Below, in pieces: positions 48,639 through 62,004 of a stretch of DNA of 64,000 nt. Numbering within the stretch: position 1 is the stretch's first letter; each line of letters starts with the position of its first letter. The notes below the pieces were generated by a model. That model saw only the letters and a program-made list of their open reading frames with translations. It did no database searches and was not told the DNA's origin. The position numbers were made by a program, and so were the translations under genes. Source of the stretch: an uncultured cyanobacterium (GTDB taxonomy: Bacteria > Cyanobacteriota > Cyanobacteriia > Phormidesmidales > Phormidesmidaceae); the NCBI GenBank assembly GCA_963793265.1, contig CAWBZI010000007.1, positions 192,001 through 256,000 on the forward strand, written 5' to 3'.

Positions 48639-49445
48639 TTAGCCGTCTTCTCGATGGATGAGGGTGCCTGTAGACTGATCGGTGGGCAGTAAATACAGCT
48701 CACTAATGTTGACGTGAGCCGGGCGGGTCGCCGCAAAGAAGATACTATCGGCCACATCATCTGGCGTCAGTGCCGTCATGCCTTTGTAGACATTCTTCGC
48801 CCGCGCTTCATCACCTCGAAAACGAACGCCGCTAAACTCTGTTTCGACCAGCCCAGGCTCAACGTTAGTCACGCGAATAGGCGTACCCAACAAATCTATT
48901 TTCAGCCCCTCAGTTATTACCTTCACCGCCGCTTTTGTCGCACAGTAAACGCTGCCTCCTGTGTAGGTATAGCGCCCAGCGCTAGAGCCGATATTTATGA
49001 TGTGCCCCTGGTTGCGCGCCACCATGCCCGGCACAATTGCGCGCGTCATATACAGTACGCCTTTAACGTTGGTATCGATCATCTCCTCCCAGTCCTGAAG
49101 CGGGGCTTCGTACTGTTTATCAAGGCCACGACTCAACCCGGCATTGTTGATGAGGACGTCGATAGATTTCCACTCATCCGGTAGACCAGCGAGCGCGCTA
49201 TTGACATCACCAGATTTTTGCACGTCTAAAGGCAGCAACAATGTGTCTGTTTTATGCTCTTTTTGTAGCTGTTCGGCCAAGGACTGTAGCTTTTCTTTGC
49301 GGCGAGCGCAGAGAATGAGTTTGGCCCCAGCTTCAGCGAATAGTCGGGCACTAGAGGCACCAATCCCCGCGCTAGCTCCGGTGATAAGAACAACTTTGTT
49401 TTTGAGTGCGATCGCCATAATTTTTCTAAGAATGCTAGTGTGCAC
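48639..49445 (-). CDS. NADP-dependent SDR, YdfG/IsfD subfamily
   Basis: TGASAGIG, ARR, NNAG, YCATK, EPGLVETEFS..RF and P.HVNI motifs. Confidence 0.85.
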   Translation of the reverse strand: MHTSILRKIMAIALKNKVVLITGASAGIGASSARLFAEAGAKLILCARRKEKLQSLAEQLQKEHKTDTLLLPLDVQKSGDVNSALAGLPDEWKSIDVLINNAGLSRGLDKQYEAPLQDWEEMIDTNVKGVLYMTRAIVPGMVARNQGHIINIGSSAGRYTYTGGSVYCATKAAVKVITEGLKIDLLGTPIRVTNVEPGLVETEFSGVRFRGDEARAKNVYKGMTALTPDDVADSIFFAATRPAHVNISELYLLPTDQSTGTLIHREDG

Positions 49446-49938
49446 CCCTTATGGTAAAAGCTTTTTGAGCGCAGCGTTCACCGTTTCGCTCCAAGCTAGA
49501 TAGATGCATTGTGATTAATATTTTTGTTCTACCAAACCCAGGATTGGAGTGACTGAGGAACAAGAACAATACTTTAAATACTATGCTTCAGGGGAACCGA
49601 CGCCGCTTCTTTTGATTAAGTGGCTGTGCCGACGCCCTTCTTTAATGCCGAAGTTATGGGGTGCGTAGGTGGAGCCTATACGTAATGATCGCAAGGATGC
49701 CGACAACATCTGCCTAGACCTACGGTGAGCGTTATTTATGTACCGATACTAGAAATTTTCTATGTGCACTTCTGTATTGAACCGCACAATTTTTCTTTAT
49801 AAATGTTAGTGCTTCATTACAATTGTGTCGCTAGCGCAGCCCCTTTGCACTAAGAACAATCGTTAACGACCGCTGACTTGCTTAAGTATTCCTTACCAGA
49901 ATTAGATTATTTGATGTATAGGCCGTAAAATTGAACAT

Positions 49939-51642
49939 ATGACGGCTGATAAAACGATTTTAATTTTGGCGGCGAATCCTTCGGATACGACTCGGCTACG
50001 GCTTCCAAAGGAGGTACGCGAGATTCAGGAAGGATTGGCGCTTTCATCAGGGCGCGATCGCTTCTCGGTTGTCTCCCAATGGGCCGTACGCCCAGACGAT
50101 TTACGCCGCGCCCTACTTAAGTATCAGCCCCAAATCGTCCACTTCTCAGGCCATGGCGAAGGCGCTCAAGGGCTCGTATTTGAAAACGATAGAGATAAGT
50201 CTAAACGGGTCAGCGGAGCTGCGTTAGCCCGGCTGTTTGGGCTGTGTCCTAGTGTGGAGTGTGTGCTGCTAAATGCCTGCTATTCGAGCGTACAGGCCGA
50301 GGCGATTGGTGAGCATGTGCAGTATGTAGTGGGCATGACGCAGGATATTGGCGATCGCGCTGCGATTAACTTTGCCGTTGGCTTCTACGATGCCTTGGGC
50401 TACGGACGCTCAGTACCCGATGCTTATAAGTTTGGACTGGCTGCTATTGACCTAGAAGGCATTGACGAGACGGCGACGCCGGTTTTGCAGGTGAAAGATC
50501 AGCCGGTGGAGAACTTGCGTGTTGAAGCGCAACCTCCTGAACTTCGACCAGTGGCAGATTCGACGCCTGCAAATAACGGCACAGATGACACGGACGAGAC
50601 ACCGCCGATTCAGACTCAATCACTTCAGATCGAGGAGCCGGGGGGACTGGTGCCTTTGCAGTCGCTGTTCTATGTGGAGCGATCGCCTATCGAAAAAGAC
50701 TGCTACGAGGCCGTTGTGCGTCAGGGCTCTCTCATTCGGATCAAAGCGCCTCGGCAGATGGGCAAAACGTCTTTGCTGGTAAGAACGCTTGACCACGCCA
50801 AAGCGCAGGGCTACGAAACGGTCAGGTTGAGCTTTCAAACCGCAGACACCGAAGCGCTCAACCACCTCGACGAGTTTTTGCAGTGGTTTTGCGCCAGCGT
50901 GACTGAAGAGTTGGATATGGAAGATCGCCTAGCTGACTACTGGAAAGGCGCTCGGGGAATTGTCAGGCGGGCGCAGCGATATTTTGAAAAGTACGTTTTA
51001 GCTGAGTTAGATAAGCCGCTGGTGTTAGGCCTTGATGATGTTGATCAGGCATTTGAGCATCCTGCGATCGCCACCGACTTCTTCGGCATGTTGCGCGTAT
51101 GGCACGAAGAAGGCAAAAGCAGCCCCTTATGGCGCAGGCTGCATCTGGTCATCGTGCACTCTAAAGAGGTCTACATTCCCCTCAGCATCAATCGTTCTCC
51201 TTTTAACGTGGGCTTGCCAATTGAGCTACGAGAGCTGAACGCCGAAGAAGTCGCCGCCCTGATAGATCGCCACCGTTTAACCCTCACCGAGCATCAACAA
51301 GAACAGCTAGTAGAGCTAGTCGGCGGTCATCCCTATCTACTTCGCGCTGCCCTCTACCAGCTCGCCAGAGGCCGACTTACCCTTTCTAAGCTCATGGCCC
51401 AAGCCCCCACCGAAAGCGGCCTATATAGCGATCACCTACGCCGACATCTGTTGAACTTAGAGGCCGATCATGATCTAGTAGAAGCTTTTCGAGAAGTGAT
51501 CGGCGTGTATAGCCCAGTGCGAATTGGGTCTACCGCTGCGTTTAAGCTACATAGCATGGGACTGGTAAAGTATCAGGGTAATGAGGTGGTGCCTTTGTGC
51601 GAACTTTACCGGCAATATTTTCAATCTCGGTTAGGAGGATAG
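49939..51642 (+). CDS. CHAT domain + AAA-like (AAA_35, STAND) NTPase
   Basis: ILILAANP, VHFSGHG and LNACYS (His/Cys dyad); Walker A APRQMGKTS; SPFNVG and GGHPYL. Confidence 0.88.
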   Translation: MTADKTILILAANPSDTTRLRLPKEVREIQEGLALSSGRDRFSVVSQWAVRPDDLRRALLKYQPQIVHFSGHGEGAQGLVFENDRDKSKRVSGAALARLFGLCPSVECVLLNACYSSVQAEAIGEHVQYVVGMTQDIGDRAAINFAVGFYDALGYGRSVPDAYKFGLAAIDLEGIDETATPVLQVKDQPVENLRVEAQPPELRPVADSTPANNGTDDTDETPPIQTQSLQIEEPGGLVPLQSLFYVERSPIEKDCYEAVVRQGSLIRIKAPRQMGKTSLLVRTLDHAKAQGYETVRLSFQTADTEALNHLDEFLQWFCASVTEELDMEDRLADYWKGARGIVRRAQRYFEKYVLAELDKPLVLGLDDVDQAFEHPAIATDFFGMLRVWHEEGKSSPLWRRLHLVIVHSKEVYIPLSINRSPFNVGLPIELRELNAEEVAALIDRHRLTLTEHQQEQLVELVGGHPYLLRAALYQLARGRLTLSKLMAQAPTESGLYSDHLRRHLLNLEADHDLVEAFREVIGVYSPVRIGSTAAFKLHSMGLVKYQGNEVVPLCELYRQYFQSRLGG

Positions 51643-51646
51643 ATCT

Positions 51647-52345
51647 ATGGTGCAACAGCTATTGTCCGATAGCCAATCCGATAGTCCGCTTGACGATTTC
51701 GATCAGTACCCTGACACCGATGGGCAACTGATGGCAGACAATACAAAACAGTTTCGTTGGATTGTCATTATCAAGGAGAATTTAGAGCGATTGTTTGCGG
51801 CTGAAGCAGACGTTTTTGTGGCCGGAGACTTGCTGTGGTATCCGGTTGAGGGTGAGCCCAAACGCAGACAAGCGCCAGACGTGATGGTTGTTTTTGGCCG
51901 ACCTAAAGGCGATAGAGGATCTTACCGGCAGTGGATAGAAGCCGATATTGCTCCCCAAGTTGTATTCGAGATATTATCGCCAGGCAATCGCTCTGGAGAA
52001 ATGCTGCGGAAGCTCAACTTCTACCAACGCTACGGCGTAGACGAGTATTACATTTACGATCCAGACGGTAATGAGCTGACTGGATTTCAGCGCTCAGGCA
52101 AATCGCTTCAGCTTATCAGTGAAATGAATGATTGGGTTAGCCCGAGGTTGAATATCCGTTTTCAATTAGGAGAGTTAGCCTTAGAGATTTATCGCCCCGA
52201 TGGTGAGAAGTTCTTGACTTCTGTAGAACTAGGCGATCAGCTTAGGATTGAACGACAGCAGAGACAGCAAGGCCAGCAACGAATTCAATCTTTAGAGGCT
52301 AAGCTGCGCGAGCTAGGCGTGAATCCAGAAGACTTAGCGGAATAG
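51647..52345 (+). CDS. Uma2 family endonuclease
   Basis: APDVMV, FEILSP and YGVDEYYIYDP motifs with a coiled-coil tail. Confidence 0.9.
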   Translation: MVQQLLSDSQSDSPLDDFDQYPDTDGQLMADNTKQFRWIVIIKENLERLFAAEADVFVAGDLLWYPVEGEPKRRQAPDVMVVFGRPKGDRGSYRQWIEADIAPQVVFEILSPGNRSGEMLRKLNFYQRYGVDEYYIYDPDGNELTGFQRSGKSLQLISEMNDWVSPRLNIRFQLGELALEIYRPDGEKFLTSVELGDQLRIERQQRQQGQQRIQSLEAKLRELGVNPEDLAE

Positions 52346-55039
52346 GTGATGGCCGAATATCGCTACCAAGTAGGCGGAAGTCTGCCCGCCGATGCTCAAA
52401 CGTATGTGGCAAGGGCCGCTGATACGGCGTTCTATGAGGCGCTAAAGGCCGGGGAGTATTGCTATGTGCTTAACTCGCGGCAGATGGGTAAATCTAGCCT
52501 GCGGGTGCGGGTGGCGCAGCGGCTTCAGGCAGAAGCGGTGGTTTGTGCGTCGTTGGATATTAGCGGGTTAGGGACGACAGCGATCGCGCCCGAAGAATGG
52601 TACTTTGGCATCATCGACAGCCTAGCCGACCGGCTAAATCTAACCCTCGATATAGATGACTGGTGGGAGGAGAACAACAAACTCTCAGCTACTCGACGAT
52701 TAGGGAAGTTCTTAAGCGACGTACTCCTAACAGCCATCGCTCAGCCTATTGTTATCTTCTTAGATGAAATCGACAGCATCCTTAGCATAGACTTTGATAC
52801 AGACGACTTTTTCGCCGTCATTCGAGAGTGCTACAACAACAGAGCTGAAGATCCTACATTCAATCGGCTGACGTTTGCCCTAATTGGGGTAGCTACGCCT
52901 ACAGAGCTAATTCAAGATAAACAAAAGACACCCTTTAACATCGGCCAGGCCATTCAATTACCAGGCTTTAAGCTAGAAGAAGCTTCGCCTTTACTACCCG
53001 GATTAGCTCAGCAGGTAGATGATCCAGAGGCCATACTGCAAGAGATTTTGCACTGGACGGGCGGACAGCCATTTTTAACCCAAAAGGTTTGTCAGCTTGT
53101 AGCGCAAGAAGCAAATCGGCAGCAAAGAAGATCTGTTGAAGTATCACCCTCACCACAGAAGCTGGTGGAATATGTGGTGCGGACTCACGTCATTGATAAT
53201 TGGGAAATGCAGGATGAGCCGCCGCACTTGAAGACAATACGCGATCGCCTCCGCAGCAATCCCAACGTGGGTCAACTCTTAGAGCTATACCAAACCGCAC
53301 TCATCCGAGGCCGCGTGGTCCAAGACAAAAGCCCACAGCAGGTAGAACTGCGGCTATCGGGCTTAGTGGTAGAACGCTTGGGCACCTTGCAGGTTTACAA
53401 TCCGGTTTATCGAGCCGTTTTCAACGCAGAATGGATTCGCGACACCCTCACAAGCATCCGTCCTTACGGCAGACAGATAGAAGAGTGGGTGAGTCACGAG
53501 CGGCACGACAGATTTTTACTAGAAGGAATGACGCTCGAACGGGCTCTAGATTGGGCTGAGAGCCGCAACCTGAGCAAGTTAGACTATCAGTTTTTAGTAG
53601 AAAGTCAGAAGCTCGGGCTGCGTAACGATTTGATTGCGACGCAGGAAACGGTCGTACGCACAAGTAAACAACTCTCTGATAAAAATAGAGCGCTTAGCGC
53701 TGTCAATACGGATCTAGATAGTGCTCGTATAGCCCTAACGAAAGTACGCCGCCGTACGAGAGTGGCTAATATATTGGGCCTCGGGTTATTAGGTTTGGTT
53801 GGAGTAGGAACGGCTTTGGTAGGACAGTACGCAGGCGAACAAACGCGGGCGGCTGAACTGGCGAGCCAGGAAACGGCTGAGGCTGAAGACAAACTGGTAG
53901 TGGCTTCTAAAGACGTTGAAGATCTGCAATCTGAAAGAGAGAGCTTAAACGCCGCTCGCGTTGAGCTTGAGCAAAACAACCAGACTCTAGAAAACAACAA
54001 TCAAGGGCTTCTTTTAGAAAACAAACAAATCTCTCAACAGGTGAGCGCAGCGCTATCGGCTCAACAGTCCGCGCGTAATGCAGCGGCAAGCGCTCAGAAT
54101 GCGGCGGCTCAGGCGAAGGAAGAAGCGGCTGTGATTGAGGCTGAAGCCGCTAGTGCTAAGCAGGAAGCAGATCGGGTAAAGGCTGAAGCAGCAGCGGCGC
54201 AGGCTGAGGCGGCTGATGTACAGGCGGCGCTGGCGGGGGTAAATACGAGTCTGAAGGAAAAGAACAGTGAGCTAAATCAACTGCTAGCTGAAACAACTGC
54301 GCTTCAGCAGGAGCAAGCGGCCTTAAATGAAAGTAACGCGCGGCTCAGGGCTTTGGGCGAAGACTTAGGCAGACGGTTTCGAGATGCGGGCATTGTTCAG
54401 CGATTTCGCAGCGTCACCGAGAGCGATGCGTCTCAAGATTCTTTGACTATGTTGGAAGATAGATTAGAGATAGCGATAGAAACCAGTGATAAAAGAGAAG
54501 AGGGATATATTTATAGCAATATAGGTGATGTGTATCGAAATTTAGGAGATAATGACCGAGCGCTGGAATACTACGAAAGGCATTTAGCGATCGCACAGCA
54601 AACTCAAGACCGCTACCGAGAAGGGCAACTGTTTGGCCAGATTGGTGAAGTGCTCTACAGCCAAAACGAGTATGCAAAAGCGCTAGAGCGACACCAGCAA
54701 CATCTAGACATTGCCCTTGAAACGCGAGACAAATGGGGCGAAAGTCAGGCATTGACTAATTTAGGCCGAGCTGAGGTGGCTTTAGAGAAACCCGACGACG
54801 CGATTGAGTATTATGAACAAAGTATAGACCTGGCTCAATCGATCCAAGATAGCTCAGGGGAAGGTGAAATACTTGGCTATATAGGCGATGCGTATGCTGT
54901 TAAAAGAGAATTTGAGGCGGCGATTGAGTATTATCAGCGCGGGTTGGAGATTGCAAGGGAAGTGGGCGATCGCACCAGAGAAGCCGAACTGCTTGAGAAA
55001 ATAGCGGCAGCGCGACAGCAGCTTATAAGGCAAATATAG
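52346..55039 (+). CDS. AAA_35 STAND NTPase - TM helix - coiled coil - TPR protein
   Basis: [21 protein letters not shown] and [10 protein letters not shown] motifs; [21 protein letters not shown]-terminal TPRs. Confidence 0.88.
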   Translation: MMAEYRYQVGGSLPADAQTYVARAADTAFYEALKAGEYCYVLNSRQMGKSSLRVRVAQRLQAEAVVCASLDISGLGTTAIAPEEWYFGIIDSLADRLNLTLDIDDWWEENNKLSATRRLGKFLSDVLLTAIAQPIVIFLDEIDSILSIDFDTDDFFAVIRECYNNRAEDPTFNRLTFALIGVATPTELIQDKQKTPFNIGQAIQLPGFKLEEASPLLPGLAQQVDDPEAILQEILHWTGGQPFLTQKVCQLVAQEANRQQRRSVEVSPSPQKLVEYVVRTHVIDNWEMQDEPPHLKTIRDRLRSNPNVGQLLELYQTALIRGRVVQDKSPQQVELRLSGLVVERLGTLQVYNPVYRAVFNAEWIRDTLTSIRPYGRQIEEWVSHERHDRFLLEGMTLERALDWAESRNLSKLDYQFLVESQKLGLRNDLIATQETVVRTSKQLSDKNRALSAVNTDLDSARIALTKVRRRTRVANILGLGLLGLVGVGTALVGQYAGEQTRAAELASQETAEAEDKLVVASKDVEDLQSERESLNAARVELEQNNQTLENNNQGLLLENKQISQQVSAALSAQQSARNAAASAQNAAAQAKEEAAVIEAEAASAKQEADRVKAEAAAAQAEAADVQAALAGVNTSLKEKNSELNQLLAETTALQQEQAALNESNARLRALGEDLGRRFRDAGIVQRFRSVTESDASQDSLTMLEDRLEIAIETSDKREEGYIYSNIGDVYRNLGDNDRALEYYERHLAIAQQTQDRYREGQLFGQIGEVLYSQNEYAKALERHQQHLDIALETRDKWGESQALTNLGRAEVALEKPDDAIEYYEQSIDLAQSIQDSSGEGEILGYIGDAYAVKREFEAAIEYYQRGLEIAREVGDRTREAELLEKIAAARQQLIRQI

Positions 55040-55254
55040 CAATACTCTCATTTAGATTTAACAAAAAGACTGCTTAATTTCTATGAGATGCAAGCATCTC
55101 TGAACAACGTTTAAAATCTTTGCCAGTCTATTAATCCAGTCTATTAATTAAGTGTTGTGAAACAATGGCAGCATTAGCGTACAAAATCGATTTGGCTTAA
55201 CTAAAATTGCAGTTAAGCAAACTCGTAATGAGTATGGGTAAGCGATATACTTAA

Positions 55255-57528
<2,274 letters not shown>

Positions 57529-57544
57529 CTCCTGAATGCTCGGA

Positions 57545-57568
57545 GGGCGTAAAGCCTTACGCCCCTAC
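57545..57568 (-). repeat. GTAG-type REP downstream of katG
   Basis: Exact reverse complement of 41616-41639. Confidence 0.85.
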
Positions 57569-57701
57569 AAAGGGTACGGCTCTTAATTGGGGGGTACGAT
57601 TCGGACTTGGTATAACAAGGTCAGCATTATCTATGTTCTAGTAAAACCGAGATGGGCAAAGAACACTTCTTTTCCCTATCTCGGTTTTATGGTGGCTTCG
57701 C

Positions 57702-58721
57702 CTACTCACCGCAACCATCCGTACACAGCCCATCAGCGTCAAACGCCAGCGTTCTGCCGCTCAGTGGCACATACACGCTAGTGTCTGTTGCTTCAATAAA
57801 AGCAGCCGTTTTAGTATCTAGCTGAACTTCACCATTCACCGTCGCAGCTTCATTCGCGTGAGAAGCGATTACCGCAGCCGGTTGAATCAGCTCATTGATA
57901 ACGTACGCTGCTTCTGTCGGCCCAGTGGTAAACGTATCGCCAATATTCATCACAACAAGTTCAGCACCGTATTGACCAGCGACTACAGTTTGTTGTTCAG
58001 CCGTCACGCCCGTATCGCCTGATAGGTAAACGACCAAACCGTTGGAGAAAGTAATGACATATCCTGTCGGTGGCCCCACGTAAGCGCTCAGCCCCGCAGC
58101 AGATAGGCTCTCACCCAACTCGCCTTCAATAAAGTCACCGCTCAATCCGTTGGAATGCACGGCTGGAACCGTTGTAAAGCTCACGCCTTCAATATTACGA
58201 GAAGCTCCAAAGCGCACGAGCTGAACACTGCTAGCATCGCCGCCTAAGCCCTCAACTTTGTTCGCCAAAAAGCTAGACATTTCGCTGCCTACAACAATGT
58301 TTGCCGCTTTCCCCACGGCAATTTCAACACTGTTGGAGTTAGGAACTGTGCTGATGTCCGTTTGGGGCTGTGCGCAGGTGCCTTCATTGGGGGTTTCGAT
58401 CCTGCGATCGCCCAAATGATCCCCATGCACATGACTCACCAAAACAACATCAATATCACCTAGCCTCGGATCGTCAGCGCCCGCAACCGTTCTCCCCGCG
58501 TCGTAAAGAATCCGCAGCCCGCCAGGATCTTCAAACACCATCGCCCGATCCAGCGCGCAAAACTCACCATCGTGACTGCCAAGCGGCGTTACTTTTACGC
58601 CGTTGGTCAGATCTGCTACAGGCTGCGCGCTGCTCGGAAAATTTGATACGCAAAGGACAAGAACAGAAAGTGACAGAACTAGAAACCATTTGCGTAATGC
58701 CATTGTGAGCGTTGTTTCCAT
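57702..58721 (-). CDS. Secreted MBL-fold metallo-hydrolase
   Basis: Signal peptide, SHVHGDH, AVHS, YLSGDTG and terminal SH motifs. Confidence 0.82.
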   Translation of the reverse strand: METTLTMALRKWFLVLSLSVLVLCVSNFPSSAQPVADLTNGVKVTPLGSHDGEFCALDRAMVFEDPGGLRILYDAGRTVAGADDPRLGDIDVVLVSHVHGDHLGDRRIETPNEGTCAQPQTDISTVPNSNSVEIAVGKAANIVVGSEMSSFLANKVEGLGGDASSVQLVRFGASRNIEGVSFTTVPAVHSNGLSGDFIEGELGESLSAAGLSAYVGPPTGYVITFSNGLVVYLSGDTGVTAEQQTVVAGQYGAELVVMNIGDTFTTGPTEAAYVINELIQPAAVIASHANEAATVNGEVQLDTKTAAFIEATDTSVYVPLSGRTLAFDADGLCTDGCGE

Positions 58722-58763
58722 TGAGATAGTTTTTTGATTGTACAGCGCTGAAAAGAACCAGTA

Positions 58764-61700
58764 CTATACAGCTTTGGGAAGATCTTGCTGGCGGCTGTCT
58801 GTAGCGTGAAATAGCGTGTAAAAACAAGGAATTACAAACAGCGTCAACAGCGTTGCTAGAGAAAGACCAGAGAACACAACCACGCCTAGCGGCTGTAAGA
58901 ATTCTGAACCTTCACCAATCCCTAGCGCTAACGGAAACATGCCAAGAACGGTTGTGATAGTGGTCATTAAAATAGGTCGCAGGCGCTGGGGTGCGGCTTT
59001 GAGAATAGCCAAGATGCGACTACAGCGCTCTTGTGCGTAAATTTGGTTGGCCAGCTCTACTAGAATAATGGCGTTGTTAACAACAATGCCGACCAGCAGC
59101 ACCGCGCCTACAATCACCGTTGCACCAATCGCCGTTTGGGTAATGAATAACCCTAAAATGCCGCCCGCTAAAGCCAGCGGCACCGTTAGCATAATCACCA
59201 GCGGATCGATCAGCGAGTTGTACTGTACGGCCATGACGGTAAAGACCAAAAAGGCCGCGAGCCCGCCTAAAATGCCGATGCCGTCTGAAATCGCGGCGTT
59301 GCTTTGGGCGCTAAAGCTCGGCAGGCGAGTGATGCCATCGGGCAGATCCAAAGACGAAAATATCCGATCGGCTTCTTCTAATGCTTCGCCCAAGCTGGCA
59401 CCGTCGCTGAGCCTACCTTCAATGATAAAAACCTGCCGCTGACTAATGCGCTGAATCTCGCCGGGAGCCTGACCGTTTTCGATACTAGCGACATCGCCAA
59501 GGCGCACGGGCTGACCGCCGCTGTTGGTGAGTAGGGGCAGTTGCGCTAGCTCAGATGGGTTTTGGACGAGCGCTTGAGGGGTTTGAATGCGTACGTCTAC
59601 CAGGCGATCGCCTCTTTGAAGCTGCGTCGGTACCGCCCCCGAAAGTACCGTCTGCACCGTCCGGCCAATATCTTCTGCCGAAAGCCCCAAATCAGCCGCA
59701 CGTTCCCAGTTGGGCCGAATCTGAATTTCTGGCTGCGGCGGATCGGCATCGGGCGAGTATGCTGCCAGCGTAGCCTGTTCTTCTAGCGCTTCTACGACGA
59801 GCGCACCGGCTGCTTCCAGTGTGTCTGTATTAGACCCTTGCAAAATAACGTCAATATCGCCGCGCACCGGAGAGTTGTTCAAAATCAGGCCGCGCACGCT
59901 GCCGGGAGATACGCGCAGCCGGGTATTGACGAGGTTGAACTGATTGAACTGTTCGGACATGCGATCGCTAAAAGCCGTTACGTCGGTTCCCGGCACCAGC
60001 GTTAGCGTACTAGACCCTCGCAGCGCATTTTCGCTGGTGCTACCGCCGAAGAGAAACCCACCCGACGTACTAAACGCATACTCTACTTCAGGCTGAGCTA
60101 TCAGCAGTTCGTCCACTGCGCTCATGACCCGACGATTCTCCTCTACGGTGGTGCCCGGCGGCAACTGCACCCGTACATCTGCCTGGCCCGTAGCAATGCT
60201 TGGCAAAATCTCTTGAGGAATGCGGCTCACCATGAGAACGCTGCTGCCGCCGAATAAAAGGAAGGCGATCGCGACCACCAAAATCCGTCGCCTCAGCACC
60301 CACCTCAACAGCCTCGCATACTGCCTGGTCAATCCTTGCAACCGCGCATCAAACCCACGAATCACCCAGAGCTTACTCACCCCGCTAGACCTTTTCACAG
60401 CAAGCAGCCGAGAAGTCAGCGCAGGCACCACCGTCAGCGCCACCACCAGCGAAGCCCCCACCGCAAAACTCACCGTTAGCACCAGTTCATTAAACAGCAG
60501 TGCAATAAACCCACCAATCAACAAAAACGGCAGCACCGCAACCAAGTTTGTTGTCGTAGACGCAAATAGCGCAGATTCCAACTCTCGGCTGCTCACTTCA
60601 GCCTGACGAACTACGTGCTTTCTGTCCGACTGACTATTCTCCTTTACCCCTTTCACGATGTTTTCTAGCATCACAATGGCATTATCTACCACAATGCCAA
60701 CGCCCAGGGCCAGCCCGCCAAGGCTAAATACATTTAGCGAGAGCCCAAACATGCCCATCAGCAAAATTGCAACGAGCGTAGCCAAAGGAATTGCCACGAC
60801 AATAATAAATGTCTGCCGCAGCGAGCCTAAAAACAACAGAACAGCGACCCCAGCAAGCCCAGCGCCCGTAATGCCAGAAATAGCAACATTGCGAATGGAA
60901 TTGCGAATAAAAATAGACTCGTCCAGCGTGGCATTAAGAACCAGATCTTCTGGAATTAATCCAGATGCCCTCAGGTCTTCTAGCCGCTGTCTTACGCCTT
61001 CAACCACCGCAATTGTGTTCGCCGCGGGCTGCTTTTGAATGCTCAACTTCACCGCAGGCTCACCGTTAAGATTCACAAAAACGCGCTGTTCTTCAGTCCC
61101 GTCTATCACCTCAGCAAAGTCCCGCAGGTATACCTGTTGCACAGAGCCCGCTTCACCGACTTCAAAGATTAAGTTACGAATCTCATCTGCCTGCTGAAAA
61201 CGTCCGGCCACACGGGTTAGCGGCTCGCCATCCATTCCCTGAATGCGTCCGCCTGACGTATCCTGATTACGTTCTGAAAGTGCATCCAACACATCTGTCA
61301 GGCCCAAACCCAATGCCTGCAATCGCGCCGGATCTAAGTTGATGCGAATCTCTTCTTGAGCGCCCCCCGAAATATCCGCGCTGGCTACACCAGGTACGGT
61401 AATCAGCTCTCGGGCCAGCTCTTGCTCAGCAAACACTCTCAAGTCTACCCCTTGTAGCGACGGCGAAGTCAGCGCTGTCTCATATACCGGCAGTTGCGAC
61501 GGGTCGAACTTGAACAAACGAGGCTGCCCGACCGTATCTGGGAGGCTATCGCGAGAACGATTGAGCGTGGCAGTTGCATCATTTAGTGCCTGGTCAATAT
61601 CGCCGCCTGGTTGAAAATACAGGTCGAGACTAATACGGCCTTCTCGGGTTTGAGACACTACCTGAACGACCCCTTCGGTTGCAGACAGCGCTTCTTCTAG

Positions 61701-61970
61701 CGGGCGGGTGATCTCATCGACTGCGACTTCTGGTGATACCCCTGGCGCATCTGCTCTGACGCCAATGCGCGGATAGGTAATAGAGGGCAGCAGATCGACG
61801 GGAAGCTGCTGAACAAAGAAAAGACCTAACACAATCACCGCAATCGTCAGTACCAGCGTGGCAATGTGCCGCCGAATGGCCAGGGTGCTAAGGCTGAGAT
61901 TGCTGGAAGGGGAGCCGAGGTTTGGGGTAGGATCAGTCTCTAAACCTGATGAAGCAGTGGAACGTGTCAT
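58764..61970 (-). CDS. RND efflux permease (AcrB/AcrD/AcrF family)
   Basis: GIVVDNAIVMLENI, GIVVNNAI and RLRPILMT motifs; 1068 aa. Confidence 0.95.
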   Translation of the reverse strand: MTRSTASSGLETDPTPNLGSPSSNLSLSTLAIRRHIATLVLTIAVIVLGLFFVQQLPVDLLPSITYPRIGVRADAPGVSPEVAVDEITRPLEEALSATEGVVQVVSQTREGRISLDLYFQPGGDIDQALNDATATLNRSRDSLPDTVGQPRLFKFDPSQLPVYETALTSPSLQGVDLRVFAEQELARELITVPGVASADISGGAQEEIRINLDPARLQALGLGLTDVLDALSERNQDTSGGRIQGMDGEPLTRVAGRFQQADEIRNLIFEVGEAGSVQQVYLRDFAEVIDGTEEQRVFVNLNGEPAVKLSIQKQPAANTIAVVEGVRQRLEDLRASGLIPEDLVLNATLDESIFIRNSIRNVAISGITGAGLAGVAVLLFLGSLRQTFIIVVAIPLATLVAILLMGMFGLSLNVFSLGGLALGVGIVVDNAIVMLENIVKGVKENSQSDRKHVVRQAEVSSRELESALFASTTTNLVAVLPFLLIGGFIALLFNELVLTVSFAVGASLVVALTVVPALTSRLLAVKRSSGVSKLWVIRGFDARLQGLTRQYARLLRWVLRRRILVVAIAFLLFGGSSVLMVSRIPQEILPSIATGQADVRVQLPPGTTVEENRRVMSAVDELLIAQPEVEYAFSTSGGFLFGGSTSENALRGSSTLTLVPGTDVTAFSDRMSEQFNQFNLVNTRLRVSPGSVRGLILNNSPVRGDIDVILQGSNTDTLEAAGALVVEALEEQATLAAYSPDADPPQPEIQIRPNWERAADLGLSAEDIGRTVQTVLSGAVPTQLQRGDRLVDVRIQTPQALVQNPSELAQLPLLTNSGGQPVRLGDVASIENGQAPGEIQRISQRQVFIIEGRLSDGASLGEALEEADRIFSSLDLPDGITRLPSFSAQSNAAISDGIGILGGLAAFLVFTVMAVQYNSLIDPLVIMLTVPLALAGGILGLFITQTAIGATVIVGAVLLVGIVVNNAIILVELANQIYAQERCSRILAILKAAPQRLRPILMTTITTVLGMFPLALGIGEGSEFLQPLGVVVFSGLSLATLLTLFVIPCFYTLFHATDSRQQDLPKAV

Positions 61971-62004
61971 TTGTTTTTAGTCCTGCTTTTGTTTTCTCAG
62001 TGCA

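Noticed and set aside
49549..49668. Short ORF (MTEEQEQYFKYY...) in the SDR-CHAT intergenic region
   Set aside because: About 39 codons with no recognisable motif; could be a gene remnant but is unsupported.
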